A stretch of 64,000 nt of DNA, taken from NCBI GenBank assembly GCA_964016885.1, contig OZ024743.1, forward strand, positions 351,106,001 to 351,170,000, given 5' to 3'. The notes under the pieces were generated by a model, which was not told where the DNA came from, did not search any database, and saw only the letters and a program-made list of their open reading frames with translations. Shown here in pieces: positions 40,817 through 54,264 of the stretch; the first letter of the stretch is position 1; every line of letters begins with the position of its first letter. Source of the stretch: Eledone cirrhosa. Taxonomy: Eukaryota. Both the position numbers and the translations under genes were made by a program.

Positions 40817-40820
<4 letters not shown>
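40142..40820 (+). mobile_element. PLE family I remnant with ~210-bp inverted pLTRs (third piece at 39462-39560)
   Basis: 40142-40352 is inverted at 40605-40820; TA flanks; S1 fragment inside. Confidence 0.8.
40164..40214 (-). ncRNA. Type I hammerhead with A4 core (family I); second copy at 40750-40800 plus
   Basis: AGTTT-CAGAAGA-stem II-GAA-AGCA(GCGATTCTT)TGCT-T-AAACT, with distal stem CAGATTGA/TTAATCTG. Confidence 0.7.
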
Positions 40821-40883
<63 letters not shown>

Positions 40884-41999
40884 AATCAGGATGGATTTAG
40901 TTTAAAACTTGTTAAACCATTACTCAACAGAGTACTCGATACTTGGGGTAGTATAGTATGGTGACATTATAAAGAGTCGAGACTCGACGACGGCTGAGCC
41001 CTTGTCGTTTCAACAGCTAGTTCCAGACACTGGATATATATATATATAATTTCCGATGGAATTTACTTCTATATGACTAGAACTGTTCCATACGTTTGAG
41101 AAATGATTGATTTCAAAAGAATGAAACAGATCTAGACATGGAGAAATCATTCCTATCTTAGATAAAATATTTACCTTCTCTATTAATGTGTTGAGGAACT
41201 GGCCATTGGCAAGTCCCTAGCAGGATTAAAGAGCCACGTCTGTGACGCTCATGCTTAAGTATCCAGCGATGGCATTACCCTAAATCAAGTTGCAGCCATC
41301 ATGTATACATATATATATATGCAGTAATGTCAAAGTTGTGGTTAATAACTTATAGCGTTATAAATAAGAACAAACAGTTATTGAAGTGGCGACCGGAGGC
41401 TCAATACTGGTAGTAGAGTCATTTTGGTTTGGCAGGTCTCCGTATTACGCTGTCAGTGAATCATTTATCGGACTATTTCCTGTATATCTGGTATTTGAAA
41501 TGGAGTGAAGCAAAAGTTTCGTTAAACCATTCAATGATTTCGAATGTGTTTAACAAAATAATAAAGAGTCTTAATCTTATTGTGTACACAAATAAGAACG
41601 CCATTTGTAAATGATATCTGCTCTAAAAAATACTTTCACACAAGTCTGATAATGTTGCTGATAATGATAATGATGATAATGACGATGATGATGACGATGT
41701 CAACGACAATGATAATGATGACGACGATGGTGATGAGGATGGGGATAAGGATGATTCAATCGACCCAAAGTACATTTCCGAAGGGAGGGAATTTGTACTG
41801 TAATCCAGTTCGAGTCAAAGGCAATGAACTGGAGGAAACGATAGAGGGATAGATACCTTGTGGTATATACTTATGATGTATATATATATATATATATATA
41901 TGTATGGTCACATAACTCCTGACAGAGTCGTAGGGGCCCCGTATTGATATACGGCGTTTCTTGGGCATTTTAAGCTGAATGAGCCCATCCCCCTCCAGG

Positions 42000-42046
<47 letters not shown>

Positions 42047-42833
42047 ACAGTTGCGAATATTTATAATAATGGCTTAACGTATTTTCGCATTACTGCAGGG
42101 TTTCATACCCATAAATACGACTAGCTCTTTTGGGTGTGATAAGAAATAAGTGACATTTGAAATGGTGAAACTGCTAAACAGGTGTTCTAAAATCACACCA
42201 TATTTCCATCTCATGTAACAATAGTGGATATAACACCATGTGTCCTTAAAATGTCAGTTCACCAGTTTCTCCATTTTAAATTTCACCTATTTTTTATCGC
42301 ATCAACAGTTCCTCAAGAGTTGGTCGCATCAACTGGCACGAATCTGCTTGGTAATGCAAAAATATGTCAAATTATATATACCGTATATGATGGCGTACAA
42401 GTCGATCCGGCGCACAGATTGACCCTAAAATTCTGAGGTTTAGGCCTATGTTCGCCGGATGAGACGAAGTAAGGCATTTGCAGGGAAAATAATTCAAAAA
42501 ATTTATTGGCGCGCCAATAAAACACTTCAGTTATGAGTTCTAACTCACTGAGTAACCTACCCTATGAGCAAGTCATTGATATTATTACAATCTCTATGTT
42601 AATTAGACTTAACAAATATGAGATTCAGTAGGAAATAATTGTGGAGGGTTGCTAGAGTTATGGTAAGTGGTTTACAATGAGTGTTAGGCAGGCAGTTTCA
42701 CTGTTTACCCCTCAATAGTAAAGGTTCACATTCGGCGGACAAATCGACCTCTGTTTTTGAAGAGACATTTTTAAGCTCCAAACGACGACTTGTACGCCGG
42801 CTTGTGCGGTATATGTGTGTGTATAGAAAGAGC

Positions 42834-42871
<38 letters not shown>

Positions 42872-43244
42872 AAAAGAAAGAGAGTGTGTGAGTGAGAGAA
42901 ATTCTAATATGTAACATCAATATTATAATATATATTAACGATGTAATGTATTTTTCCTTACTTACTACATATACTACATAGTACAAATAAACTCATGAGT
43001 GCATTTGTACTGATGGCTTTCAATTTAGGTATAAAATATGTATACATTCATTTGCATGCACAATATATCAAAATATATGTTTATAGTCTACGTCAACATA
43101 ATTGTATTTATTGGCTTAATACAGGGATTCCCAACCTAAAATATATCTACCAACAGGAGATGTATTTGCAGGTTATGGATTTAAACATGTTTCTTTCAAT
43201 TATAATTTAAAACAGTCTGAAGTAGAGAAAAAAAATTGAAGTAG

Positions 43245-43438
43245 CAGACCTGTCAACTCTCTCCGTCCGACGGGGAGATCTCCCACCTACTTTGGGGTGG
43301 ATGAGAGATGTCTTCTCTTATGAAAATGGGTATAGCTTTCATTATGTAAAACTCCCCATTCTGCCTCATTTCTGCCCGTTTTGGAGCATTTATTTCTATA
43401 GAACTCCCCGTTTAGGTTTTTAGAGATTGACAGGTTTG
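43245..43438. mobile_element. MITE with ~16-bp TIRs
   Basis: CAGACCTGTCAACTCT ... AGAGATTGACAGGTTTG; flanks aagtag/aaatag. Confidence 0.6.
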
Positions 43439-43648
43439 AAATAGGCCTATTTCATTTATTAAACTACTAATTTGTATGCTGTCTACCATAATGAACTTAA
43501 CGCCCAATATTTTACTTCTTAATTATCGTGTGACAAATGTAATAGTCTAATTCAGAAGAAAATAACTCTTTAGAAATGTGAGACAAATTAGAAAGAAAAC
43601 AATAACATTGCTGAGTACTTGTCATTCTTACTATTCGTCAATATTTTA

Positions 43649-43842
43649 AGGGTGGTGGATTTGCAGTATCGGTAGAGCGTCGGAGACCATGCTTTTCGGC
43701 ATAGAGTTGTGGCCCTTTACGTTCAGAGTTCAAATCCCACGGAGGTTGGCTTTGCCTTTCAGCCTTACGGGGTAGATAAAATAAAGAACCAGTAATGTAC
43801 TGGGTAATTGCTGGCCTTGTGCCTAAAGTAGAAACAATTATT
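43649..43842 (+). mobile_element. SINE S1
   Basis: Consensus match; flanking ctattcgtcaatattttaa / ctattcgccaatactttaa duplication. Partial copies at 44840-44962, 53106-53203, 54272-54427. Confidence 0.9.
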
Positions 43843-45499
43843 TCTATTCGCCAATACTTTAAAGTTTACCCATCGACAGTTGCTGAACAAAAGAGGTTAG
43901 GAGAAAATATAATTACCAAAGGTTGCCTCGGCATAAAAGAGTCGAAAAAAGTGGGTCTACTCCTGAAATAGTATAAAGTTTCTTAAGCCTGTATATTCTT
44001 GGACCGAGCTTTTATTCGAGGAGAAAGTATTTCTTTATCCTTAGACCATGAAAGAATGGTAGAATACATATAAGAAAAACACGTAGTGGTCTATGAATAG
44101 GACCTTTCAGGTATGTGTACACACACACACACTCAGGAAGGAAGGACTAGCGTCAGAAACGTTAAGACTCTTTTCCTTTTATATGAAGTGTAAAACTAAT
44201 AATATATTTCTTCATTATACTGTGTCGTTTGGTTTGTTGTTTCTGTTTGTCTTTTGCATACATACATACATACATATATGTGTGTGTGTAGGTGTGTGTA
44301 TGTGTGTGTGTGTGTGTGTGTGTCTTCATATTGACGTTACTGTGTTTTAGTCATGAGAATAAGGCTTATGTATACAAAGTAAAGTACTCAATACTTCAGA
44401 GGGGAGAATGTTTGATATACTTTATTTATATATCAGTTTTACAGAGTGAATTTCGTTTCGATTCGCAGCGAAAGAGGAGGAAGAGAGGAATGGTTGGGAA
44501 GAGAGAGTGTGCAAGCATCACAATGTGAGTGAGTGAGTTGTTACTAGATTATGTAATCTAGAAGTGTGGTAGTAAGATAGAAGTTAGTGTAGTGATGGAG
44601 AATATTCAGAGGGAAATATAAGGAACCTGGTAGAGGTGGTAGTGGTGGTGGTAGTGGTGGTAGTGGTGGGGAGGGTGGTGGTGATTGTGGTGGTGGTGGT
44701 GGTGGTGGTTGTGGTGGGGAGGGTTGGGGTGGTGGTGGTGGTGGTGGTGGTGATTGAGGTGGTGGTGATTGAGGTGGTGGTGGTGGTGGTGCTGGTTGTG
44801 GTCATCGCCATCATTTTTGTTTTGTTGTATGTGTTGGTGCGTTCTGAGTTCAAATCCCGCCGAGGTTAGCTTTGCCTTTCATAGTTTACGGGGTCGATAA
44901 AATAAAGTACCAGTAATGCACTGGCTTAATTGCTGGCTTTGTGCCAAAAGTAGAAACAGTTATATTAATGGTGGTTTGGGAGGTGATCTGTGTGTACTTG
45001 TGTTTAGTTGTTGTCGTGGTTCTTTAACCCGAGGTCAACCATGATTGAACAGCCGTATGATCAAAGGCATTCCGTTTTTTTTTTCTCTTGTTTGCAGGAA
45101 ACCAGCACTACATTACCCAAACTGTCCTTTTCTGTGTTGGTGGAGTATGATTTGTTGAAAACTCGGCTGTTATTTTTAGCAAGTCGAGTGACCATGCAAA
45201 AGCTCCTTCCTCGGCGTGTGTATGTTAGTGATGATAGCTCTGTATATTCGTATGCTTATTGTCGCATTTATAAATGATGGTAGTGGTGATCATTTTATGT
45301 GTATTTAGTATTGATGGTGGTTGTAATGGGAATATTAAGTGTGTATAGTAGTGTAGGTGATGCTTATGGTGTATGTCTGAGTGAAATTAGTAGATATGTG
45401 TGTGTGCTCATGCTGGTAATGGTAAAGGTGTTGAAAATGGTTTTGGTGTTGATAGCAGTTGTGTTGTTGGGGTTAGTGGTAATTTTAAGAATAGTACTA

Positions 45500-45867
45500 G
45501 AGCCGGGTTATTTATGGTGGTAGTGTTGATTGTGTTGGTGATGGTTTTGGCAGTAGTGTTGGTAGTGGTGTTAGTAGTGATGTTGATAGTGGTAGTGGTT
45601 TTTGTTGTGTTGATGATGATGGTAGTGGTGTTGGTGATGCCACAAGTGTTGGTGATCGTAGTGGTGTTGGTGATGGTAGTGATGGTAGTGGTTTTGGTGA
45701 TGCCACAAGTGTTAATGATCGTAGTGGTGTTGGTGATGGTAGTGATGGTAGTGGTGTTGGTGATGGTAGTGATGGTAGTGGTGTTGGTGATGGTAGTGAT
45801 GGTAGTGGTGTTGGTGATGGCACTAGTGTTGGATGTGTTGGTAGAGTTAGTGGTATTGGGTGTGTTC

Positions 45868-45937
<70 letters not shown>

Positions 45938-46161
45938 TAGTGGGGGTGGGGATGGTGGTGGTAACGTAGTGAAGTTGGTGATGGTAGTATTGGTGATATA
46001 GGTTTGATGACGATTGTGATGGTAATGGTGCAGGTGAGAGTAATGGTGGTGTCGGTGATGGTGATAATGGGAGTAGTGTTGATGTTGGTGTTAGAGTAAT
46101 AATGTTGCTGATGGTAGTGGTAGTGGTGGTGGCGGTGGTGGGGTTTACAGTCGTCGACATC

Positions 46162-46219
<58 letters not shown>

Positions 46220-46330
46220 CAGCAATAGTAGTGGTGGTGGTGATCGTCGTCGAACTACTACTACTACTACTACTATTACTGGTGGTAGTGGTGGTAGTGG
46301 TGGTGGCGGTGGTGTTTACAGTCGTCGTCC

Positions 46331-46381
<51 letters not shown>

Positions 46382-46442
46382 AGGTGGTGGTGGTGGAGGA
46401 GGTGGTGGTGATGTTGATGGTAGTGATCGTCGTCGTCGTCCA

Positions 46443-46484
<42 letters not shown>

Positions 46485-46862
46485 GGTAGTGGTGGTGGTG
46501 GTGGTGGTGGTGATTGCGGTGATGATGATGGTGGTGGTATTAGTGGTAGTGATGTTGATGGCGCTATAAAAATATGCCAGATACTCAGATGTAAATTGAT
46601 TGGACAAAAGCAGGCGCAATCCTGTGTCACGGAGAGAAACGTGTAACAGCAGCAGCAACGTCAGCTGTTACTGCAGTAACAGCAGTAGCAGCACTAGCAG
46701 AAACAACAGCAGGAGCAGCAGCAGTTGTTGCAACACAACAACAGTAGCATCAACAACACAACACAACACAACACAACACAACACAACACAACACAACATA
46801 ATCAACAACGTTAACTACAACAAGCATTATCTCACAACAACAATAACAGCAACAACTGCAAA

Positions 46863-46913
<51 letters not shown>

Positions 46914-46922
46914 TGCAGCACA

Positions 46923-46959
<37 letters not shown>

Positions 46960-46964
46960 TCGGC

Positions 46965-47026
<62 letters not shown>

Positions 47027-47079
47027 CGTAATCTGCAACATTAACTACAACAAACAGTATTAGCTAACAAAAATAAGGA

Positions 47080-47112
<33 letters not shown>

Positions 47113-47165
47113 CGTAATCTGCAACATTAACTACAACAAACAGTATTAGCTAACAAAAATAAGGA

Positions 47166-47205
<40 letters not shown>

Positions 47206-47240
47206 AGCAGAGGTTACAACAACAAATGCAGCAACAATGG
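45500..47240. repeat. Compound GGT/GTA/CAA/CAG/AAT trinucleotide field
   Basis: Direct reading; includes a 27-bp unit (gtagtggtgttggtgatggtagtgatg) and local duplications. Confidence 0.9.
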
Positions 47241-47705
47241 CAATGTCAGCGGCTGTTTATGCAGACCACGTTTTGGTTTGCACACCGCAGTAACTGTTGC
47301 TTTGTCACTATTAGTGTATCACTGCATCGTAGCGTAGACAGGAGAGCACTAGCTATGGTAGTTGGTAGATATGATAGTATAGTATAGTGGTAGTGGCAAA
47401 GGTAACGATGTACACTATATTGTGTATATAGTACTAATATATATGAAGGTAGATAAGTATACACGCGCACACAAACACATATACACACAAACACACACAC
47501 ACAGACATAAATATTGATATATATAAATATATGTATATACTTATATATATGTGTATATATATATATATATATAAGTATATGTATATACATATATAGATAG
47601 ATAGGTATGTATATAAATGTATGTGTGTGTGTATATTTATATATATGTACATACATACATACATACATGTACATAGAGTTTGATTGATAGACAGATAGAT
47701 AGATA

Positions 47706-48529
47706 TATTTCTTTATTTACTATAAAGGCATAAAAAGAAGGGACAAATACAAAGGGGGAGTTTACATACAATCGAGTAAAAAGGGTATAACATGAAAATA
47801 ATCGAAAATAACCTCAAAAGGGAGGGGACGTGATGGGGGTTGCACACACCCCTGAAAAAGTGTGCAATCCTTTGCCCGGGGAGCACATGGAGAAGGTGCT
47901 CCCCTCTCCTTTACTTCTTTACCTACAGGATGGTATACAGAGAAGGCCCATTTACACGAGCCATTCTCGCCACTATCACCCACCTTTCATAAAACTGCCT
48001 GTGGCCAAGCACCTCTCTCTCCATTCTTATCCTTCTTCCGAAGTGATATCGGAAGAAGTAGACCAGACTATGGCCAGAGAGGAAGTTGCCTGACCTCAGA
48101 CCTTTCAATCGTGTCCACCAAACAACCTCTTTCAACATGGCTATTACGCACAGAAAAACCGCCTTTGCTTCCTTTGTGAAGAGGGGAGGCGGTTTGATTG
48201 TCATCACGGACTCGGCGGTCAATTGAATCGGCGCCACCCGCGACAGCAGTCGTTCGGCGTATCCCCACAGATCAGCCACACCCGGACATTGCACCAATGC
48301 GTGCGCAACGGTTTCTTCGTGACGCACGCATCTAGGGCAAATCTTTTTTGAGGGATCCCTGCCCGGGCGCCCGTGTCTGTAGAGCCTCTCTCGAACGGGT
48401 AGAGCCCCTCGGTAGCACTGCCAGGCCAGTGACTTCTGGAAGTTGTCCATTGGTCCTGGGCCGAAAGTCCTACCGAACAGGCTGGCCAGTTCGTCTTCTT
48501 CCATGTCCAGCGACTCTCCAAGGGTGCTT
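47706..48529 (-). mobile_element. 5'-truncated Tx1/L1-like LINE (ORF2 zinc-finger C-terminus and 3' UTR)
   Basis: ORF 47923-48504 has CPRC..HEETVAHALVQC; 19-bp TSD ATAGACAGATAGATAGATA at 47687-47705 and 48530-48548. Confidence 0.9.
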
Positions 48530-48781
48530 ATAGACAGATAGATAGATAGATAGATAACTTTCTATTTATTTGCCACCAGGGCATCAAAGATTGGGACAAA
48601 TACAAGGAGGGGAGTTTACATACATTTCAAAGGACGTGTAAAAACATATAACAAATCAAATTCAACAATCGAAGTGCTCACACACCCGCGAAAAAAATGT
48701 GCAACACTCCACCTCAGGAGCACAAAAAGCGGGTGCTCCCTACCGCTCCTCTTTCTTCTCCGCTCTCACCTACAGGCTGCT

Positions 48782-51058
48782 TTAGAGAGAAGGCCCATTC
48801 ACTCCGGCCATTCTCGCCACTTTCCCCCACCTTTCATAAAACTTGCTGGGGTAGAGCTCCTCTCTCTCCATTCTGATCCTTCTTCTAAAATGGTACTTGA
48901 AAAAAAGGACCAGTTGTTGGCCAGAGAGAAAAGTGTCTGAACTCAGCCCTTTCAACCTCGTCCACCTGTCAACCTCTTTTGCCATAGCTATCACACAGAA
49001 GAAAACCGCATCTCCTTCGTTTTTGAAGGGGAGAGGCGGTTTGATCGTGACAATGTACTCGGTGGTCAACCGGATTGGTCCCACCCGCGACAGTAGTCGT
49101 TCCACATAGCCCCACAGGTCAGCAACGCCCGGGCAGTGTACGAATGCGTGCGCGACGGTTTCCTCGTCACGCACGCATCTCGGACAGATCTTCTTCGAGG
49201 GGTCCCTACCCGGGTGCCCGTGTCTGTAGAGCTTGTCCCGAACGGGTAGAGCTCCTCGGTAGCACTGCCAAACCAGGGACTTTGGAAGTTGTCCATCGGT
49301 CCCGGGCCAAACGTCCTACCGAACAGACTGGCTAGCTCGTCTTCCTCCATGCCCAGAGCCTCTCCGAGAGCGTCGTCGCACTTGCTGCGCACCAACCCTC
49401 TATAGAATGTTGAGGTTGAGTCTCCACTGATTGCCGGATCCGCTTGCCAGAGGGCTGTGAGCGCCTGCGCATATTCAATATGCCAGTCGCCCATTTTTCT
49501 CGGTCTTTGCTTGACCCAGGATTGCAGCTCGGTGAGTGAGACGAGTCTCGGAAAGGCTCGCCTCACAAAAGGCGCCCACACCGGCTGACCGATGAGGAAT
49601 ACCTGGCGGTGCCGTATCCTTACTGCGTGTCTAAGCATCGTCAACCACGACATCCCCAGCCCTCCGTTCGAAGGGTGTTGACAGCAGATGGATCTTCTCA
49701 CCAAAGGGGCCCGCTTCTTCCAAAGGAATCGGAAGAGCGCGCGCTCCATTTTGGTGAGCGTTTTCGCTGGGCAAGGCACGACGATCAAGCGGTAGTAGAT
49801 GACGGACGCTACATAAGTGTTCGCCACCTCCGCTCGACCTTTCAGGGATAGTTTGCACTCGGCCCACTTCTGGACGAGTGCAAACACACTTCCCGTTACC
49901 TCGTCCCAGTTTTTTCTCCACCTGGAGGTCCGGTCCGAACCAGACCCCGAGCAGCTTCACCAGCCCCTCCGTCCAGCGTCCGACGACGCCGTCGGAGGGA
50001 ATCGGTTTGCCTCCCCGCGTTCCGAGTTGCAAACCGATGGACTTGTCCCGGTTCAGCTTGGCTCCTGTAAACCTTTCGTATTCCTCCAGTAAGGTGCCGA
50101 TCTGCCCGATTTCCGAGGCGCACGACACCATTACTGGCACGTCATCGGCGTAGGCCGACACCGCTTTCCGCAATCCCAGTTCCAAGGGGATTCCCTGCAA
50201 CAGCTCCAACTTCCGCAGTAGTGGCTCGAGAGCCAGCACATACAGAAGGGAGGAGACAGGGAATCCCTGTCGGATGGATCGCGCGATTTGGGACGGCTCG
50301 GAGAGGTAGCCGTTCACCTTGACCCTCAAGCAGGTGTTGCTGCTGTGCATTGCAGCAATCCAGCCCCTGAAAATGGGTCCGAATCCTGCCGCCGCGACCA
50401 CCGCATCCAGGTACCGATGGTCGACCCTATCGAACGCCTTAGATTGATCCAAGTTGATCAGGGCCTCACCAAAGCCGGGTTTGTTCCCTACCCTCTCTAC
50501 GATGTATCGCATGAGGTGGAGGTTATCGTGTATGGACCTGGAAGGGATTGCGCATGTCTGCGCTTCTCCCACCAGGTTCCCGATGACAAGCGCCAACCTC
50601 TTCGCTAACACCTTGGCCAAAATCTTTAACTCTGTGTTTAGCAGATTTATGGGCCTGAAGTTATCTATGTCATCCCCCTTGTTCTCGTCCTTCCTCACCA
50701 GCGTGAATACGCCCTTGGTCACAGAACTGGGTATTCTTCCGTCCTGTTGCCAGTTGCAGTAGACCGCCTCGGGGAGATCGGAGAACAAGTCCGGCATCGC
50801 TACATAAAGTTCGTATGGTAGACCATCGAGACCAGGAGATTTGCGTTTGCCGCATTGGCACAGCGCTTCCTCTATTTCAGCGGCTGAAATCGGCTTTTCG
50901 CAGGACTTTGCCTCCTCGTCCGAGAGCCACGGTAGATCGTCGAGGTATGGACCAAAATCCATGGCCTCACCCGGCCCGCCGCCCCTCCCTAACAGTCGTG
51001 CAACGCGCCGTGTGTGGAGTGGGCAGAAGCGTCTTATTTTTTTTTGGGGGGGGGGCAT
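48782..51058 (-). pseudogene. LINE ORF2 reverse transcriptase (APE domain missing, frameshifted)
   Basis: KSPGLDG, NFRPINLLN, DQSKAFDRV, SIRQG, AYADDV, GGLG. Confidence 0.93.
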
Positions 51059-51059
51059 T

Positions 51060-52085
51060 TAAAAGGGGACAGGAAGCCCTCATGTGACCACTTCTTGAAC
51101 AGTGATAGCATGAAGGCCGCCTGCCCTCAACAGAAATGTTTATGAAGGCGACTCCATCCAGGGACACACGCTACGGTATTCTTGCTATCCGTTCTGGTCT
51201 CATTTGGACCAGAACTTCAAGGCTATTGCCGCCGAATACGCCCCCGGTGGATTCGCCTATCGAAAGGATTCTGTCCTCATCTTCTAAGAATCCCGTTAGC
51301 ACCCACAACATGCTCACATTTGGCCTGATGCCCGAGATTCTTATCTTTTGAGTTCTTTTCCCCGAATATGTGGGGAAAAAGGTGTATGCTTTGGATACAA
51401 TTGGTGACACAGAATATTTCTGTGCCGCCAATTCATCTTGCATTAAAACAGATATGCTTCCATACAGTTTCCCTTTCTGTATGAAAGCGATATCCTTCCA
51501 GGCACTACTTAGGACCAGCCCAATTTCGCTTTGGGACAATTGAGCCGGTTTCCTAGTTCGAAACTGTCCTAAAAATTACGGTCCTGAGGACTGTGTCCCT
51601 TCTAATTTCTTCGGGGGAGGTAATTGTGAATTCCCCACCTCCCCCGAAACTTACACAATTCCTTGCTTCTTTCAGAAATTTCTTGACATTCGAGATGTCC
51701 AGTGCCTTGTATGTCTGCGTTTCTCGAACCGCCTGGGCGAAGGAGACTGCAGCTGTGGGTCCGTTTTCTTTCGTGTTGTTATCATTGTTGTTGTTGTTAT
51801 TCGTGTTGGCTTGCTTTTTTCCTTTGTTGGTGTCATTATTGCTGTTCTTGGTTGTGTTGTTATTGTTTATTGTTGCTGTTGTTGGTTGTGATGTTATTGT
51901 CATTGTTGTTCTTGTTTGTGTAATTGTTACTTTTGGGGTTTTCACCCATTTCCACAATTTTTTCTTTTGATTCCGTGGTGTCTTTTGCGGGAGTGAGGAG
52001 AGAAGGCTTACAACGTTGTGCTGCTACCTTCTCTCTATCACTTTCCTTGGAGGGCGTGGCATGCGTCGTGTTAATGGCGTCCATT
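51060..52085 (-). pseudogene. LINE ORF1 (gag-like) with zinc knuckle, disrupted
   Basis: SFAQAV motif and VEGRRPSCYHCSRSGHMRASC; split over four ORFs. Confidence 0.8.
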
Positions 52086-52510
52086 GTCACTAAACGACTT
52101 TTTATCGATAACTTATAACTATCAAATTTCACCCCAAAATGGGCCGAAATTTATTTTACCCACCGTCTGCAGGCCCAGACGAGGGGTTAAACACAACAAA
52201 TAACAAGTAGCTTAAACAAACCTACCACTTCTCGTAATAAATTCCGACAAAATGCAGGAGCGAAACAAAAACACGTCTATCTTCTCCGAAATAGCTAGAT
52301 AGAATAGCACTGTGTCATTTGTTCCATTGTGTTATTAAATGGCTGCAGGCATGATTGAATGATGAAGTTCGCTTCCCACACATATGGTTTCTGGTTCGAT
52401 TCTAATATCGCCTTTTATCGACTAATACATTGTCGTTGAAATTTCGTTGACTAAAACGCTGCAAAAAGCCGTCATATATATATATGTATATCTGTATATA
52501 TATATGTATG

Positions 52511-52541
<31 letters not shown>

Positions 52542-52560
52542 ACATATATATATATATAAA

Positions 52561-52603
<43 letters not shown>

Positions 52604-52665
52604 GTATATGTATATATATATATAAAGTGTATATATAGTGTATATATATATAAAGTGTATATAAA

Positions 52666-52731
<66 letters not shown>

Positions 52732-52789
52732 TTTTCTAAAAAATATATATCATACACAAAACGCCAGCATCAACAGTTTTCCAAGAGAT

Positions 52790-53008
52790 GACAACATTGA
52801 ATGGACCTGTTATTTTTATCTAAAGACATTTTTTCCAATTCCACCCCGTCCGTCCCTTCAATCTATGTAATTTTTCATTCTTTCTTCTGATGAAGGACTA
52901 GCATCCGAAACGTTAAGACCCTCATCCTGCTATTTCAAGCGTAAAGTTAAAATATTCCTTCCATATACTGTACCGATTGTGTTGTTATTTCTGTTTAACT
53001 TCTAAATA
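52790..53008 (+). mobile_element. PLE family B pLTR with HHR at 52883-52918
   Basis: TCTT-CTGATGA-A-GGA(CTAGCA)TCC-GAA-ACGT-T-AAGA. Confidence 0.8.
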
Positions 53009-53219
53009 CATATATATATATATATATATATGTAGGAGGTGAGTTTTATTGTAGCACGATAAAGCAATGCAAATATCGGATAAGTAGCACTCTACAGTTT
53101 GTATAGGTTAACTTTGCCTTTCATCCTTACGGGGTCGATAAAATAAAGTACCAGTAATGCTTTGGGTAATTGCTGGCCTTGTGCCAAACGTAGAAACAAT
53201 TATATTATATATTATATAT

Positions 53220-53308
<89 letters not shown>

Positions 53309-53346
53309 TAGGTGTGTGTGATTGTGTGTTTGAGTGTGTTTGTGTG

Positions 53347-53394
<48 letters not shown>

Positions 53395-53395
53395 A

Positions 53396-53455
<60 letters not shown>

Positions 53456-53457
<2 letters not shown>

Positions 53458-53661
53458 CGAAGGAAGTGTGGTGAGGAGCCAGGTGGACCATAACGCACCA
53501 GAGTATTCGATACTTTGGGTAGTAAAGTGGGTAATAGGAAAAGGTTCAGGACCCGACGGCAGAGCTCAAGCCGTTTCGACGGCTATTTCTGGACTCCTAG
53601 CGTCCAGAAATACTGTCGAAACGGCTTCAGTTCTGCCGTCGGGGTCCTGAACCTTTTTCTA
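53456..53661 (-). mobile_element. PLE family A fold-back mini-element
   Basis: Hairpin apex ~53598 plus tail, in (TA)n. Confidence 0.9.
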
Positions 53662-53714
53662 TATATATATATATATGTATGTATGAATGTATATATATAT
53701 ATATATACCTTCTG

Positions 53715-54264
53715 CCCCAATCGTATTCCTAAAATCGTAACTCCACCTTCGTGGAGGCCTTCCGAGAGGTCGTTTCCGCTCGCGCCGCGGGTACCACTCG
53801 GCAACTGCGCGGGTCCACCGATTATCGGTGAACCGGGCGACATGTCCAGCCCATCTGAACTTGCTGCGCATATATTCCGTGACGACGCCCCTCACGCCGG
53901 ACTTCTGTCTGATGACTTCGCTCCTGATGTGCTCTCAACGAGATTCCTAGCATTGATCTCTCCATGGCTCTTTGAGCCGTTACCAGCTTCTGCTCTTCTC
54001 TCTTCGTTGTAGCCCAATTGTTGCTGCCATATAACATTGAAGGTAAAACTGTGCTATTGAAGAGGTTGGCGCGGGTGGTCTTGTCCAACCGCCCTTGAGC
54101 ACATCCCTGATGCCGTTGAACACCTTCCATTTTTACGATTTTAGGAATACGATTGGGACTACATTGATGAGGAAAGCACGATCCGGAGAGGAATGGACGG
54201 CGTGCTGTGACCAGCGGTGCCGAATAGACGCCCGACAGACTGGTCGGTCAAGGTGATCAATGTG
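53715..54264 (+). mobile_element. RTE-1-type LINE 3' fragment with 5' inversion
   Basis: Minus part encodes LFNSTVLPSMLYG...QRAMER...RWAGHVAR..DNRW...GRPPRRW; the plus part from 54133 continues it; TSD ATATACCTTCTG at 53703-53714 and 54265-54276. Confidence 0.9.

Larger units (their letters stand above)
48557..52290 (-). mobile_element. Tx1/L1-like LINE with 5' UTR, ORF1 and internally deleted ORF2
   Basis: 5' end gaagatagacgtg...cgctcc; ORF1 with CCHC knuckle; RT; zinc-finger C-terminus; (GATA)n at the 3' end. Confidence 0.92.

Noticed and set aside
45408-46658. 416-aa Thr-rich ORF resembling a mucin
   Set aside because: Made entirely of stop-poor trinucleotide repeats, open in several frames on both strands, with no domain or splice evidence.
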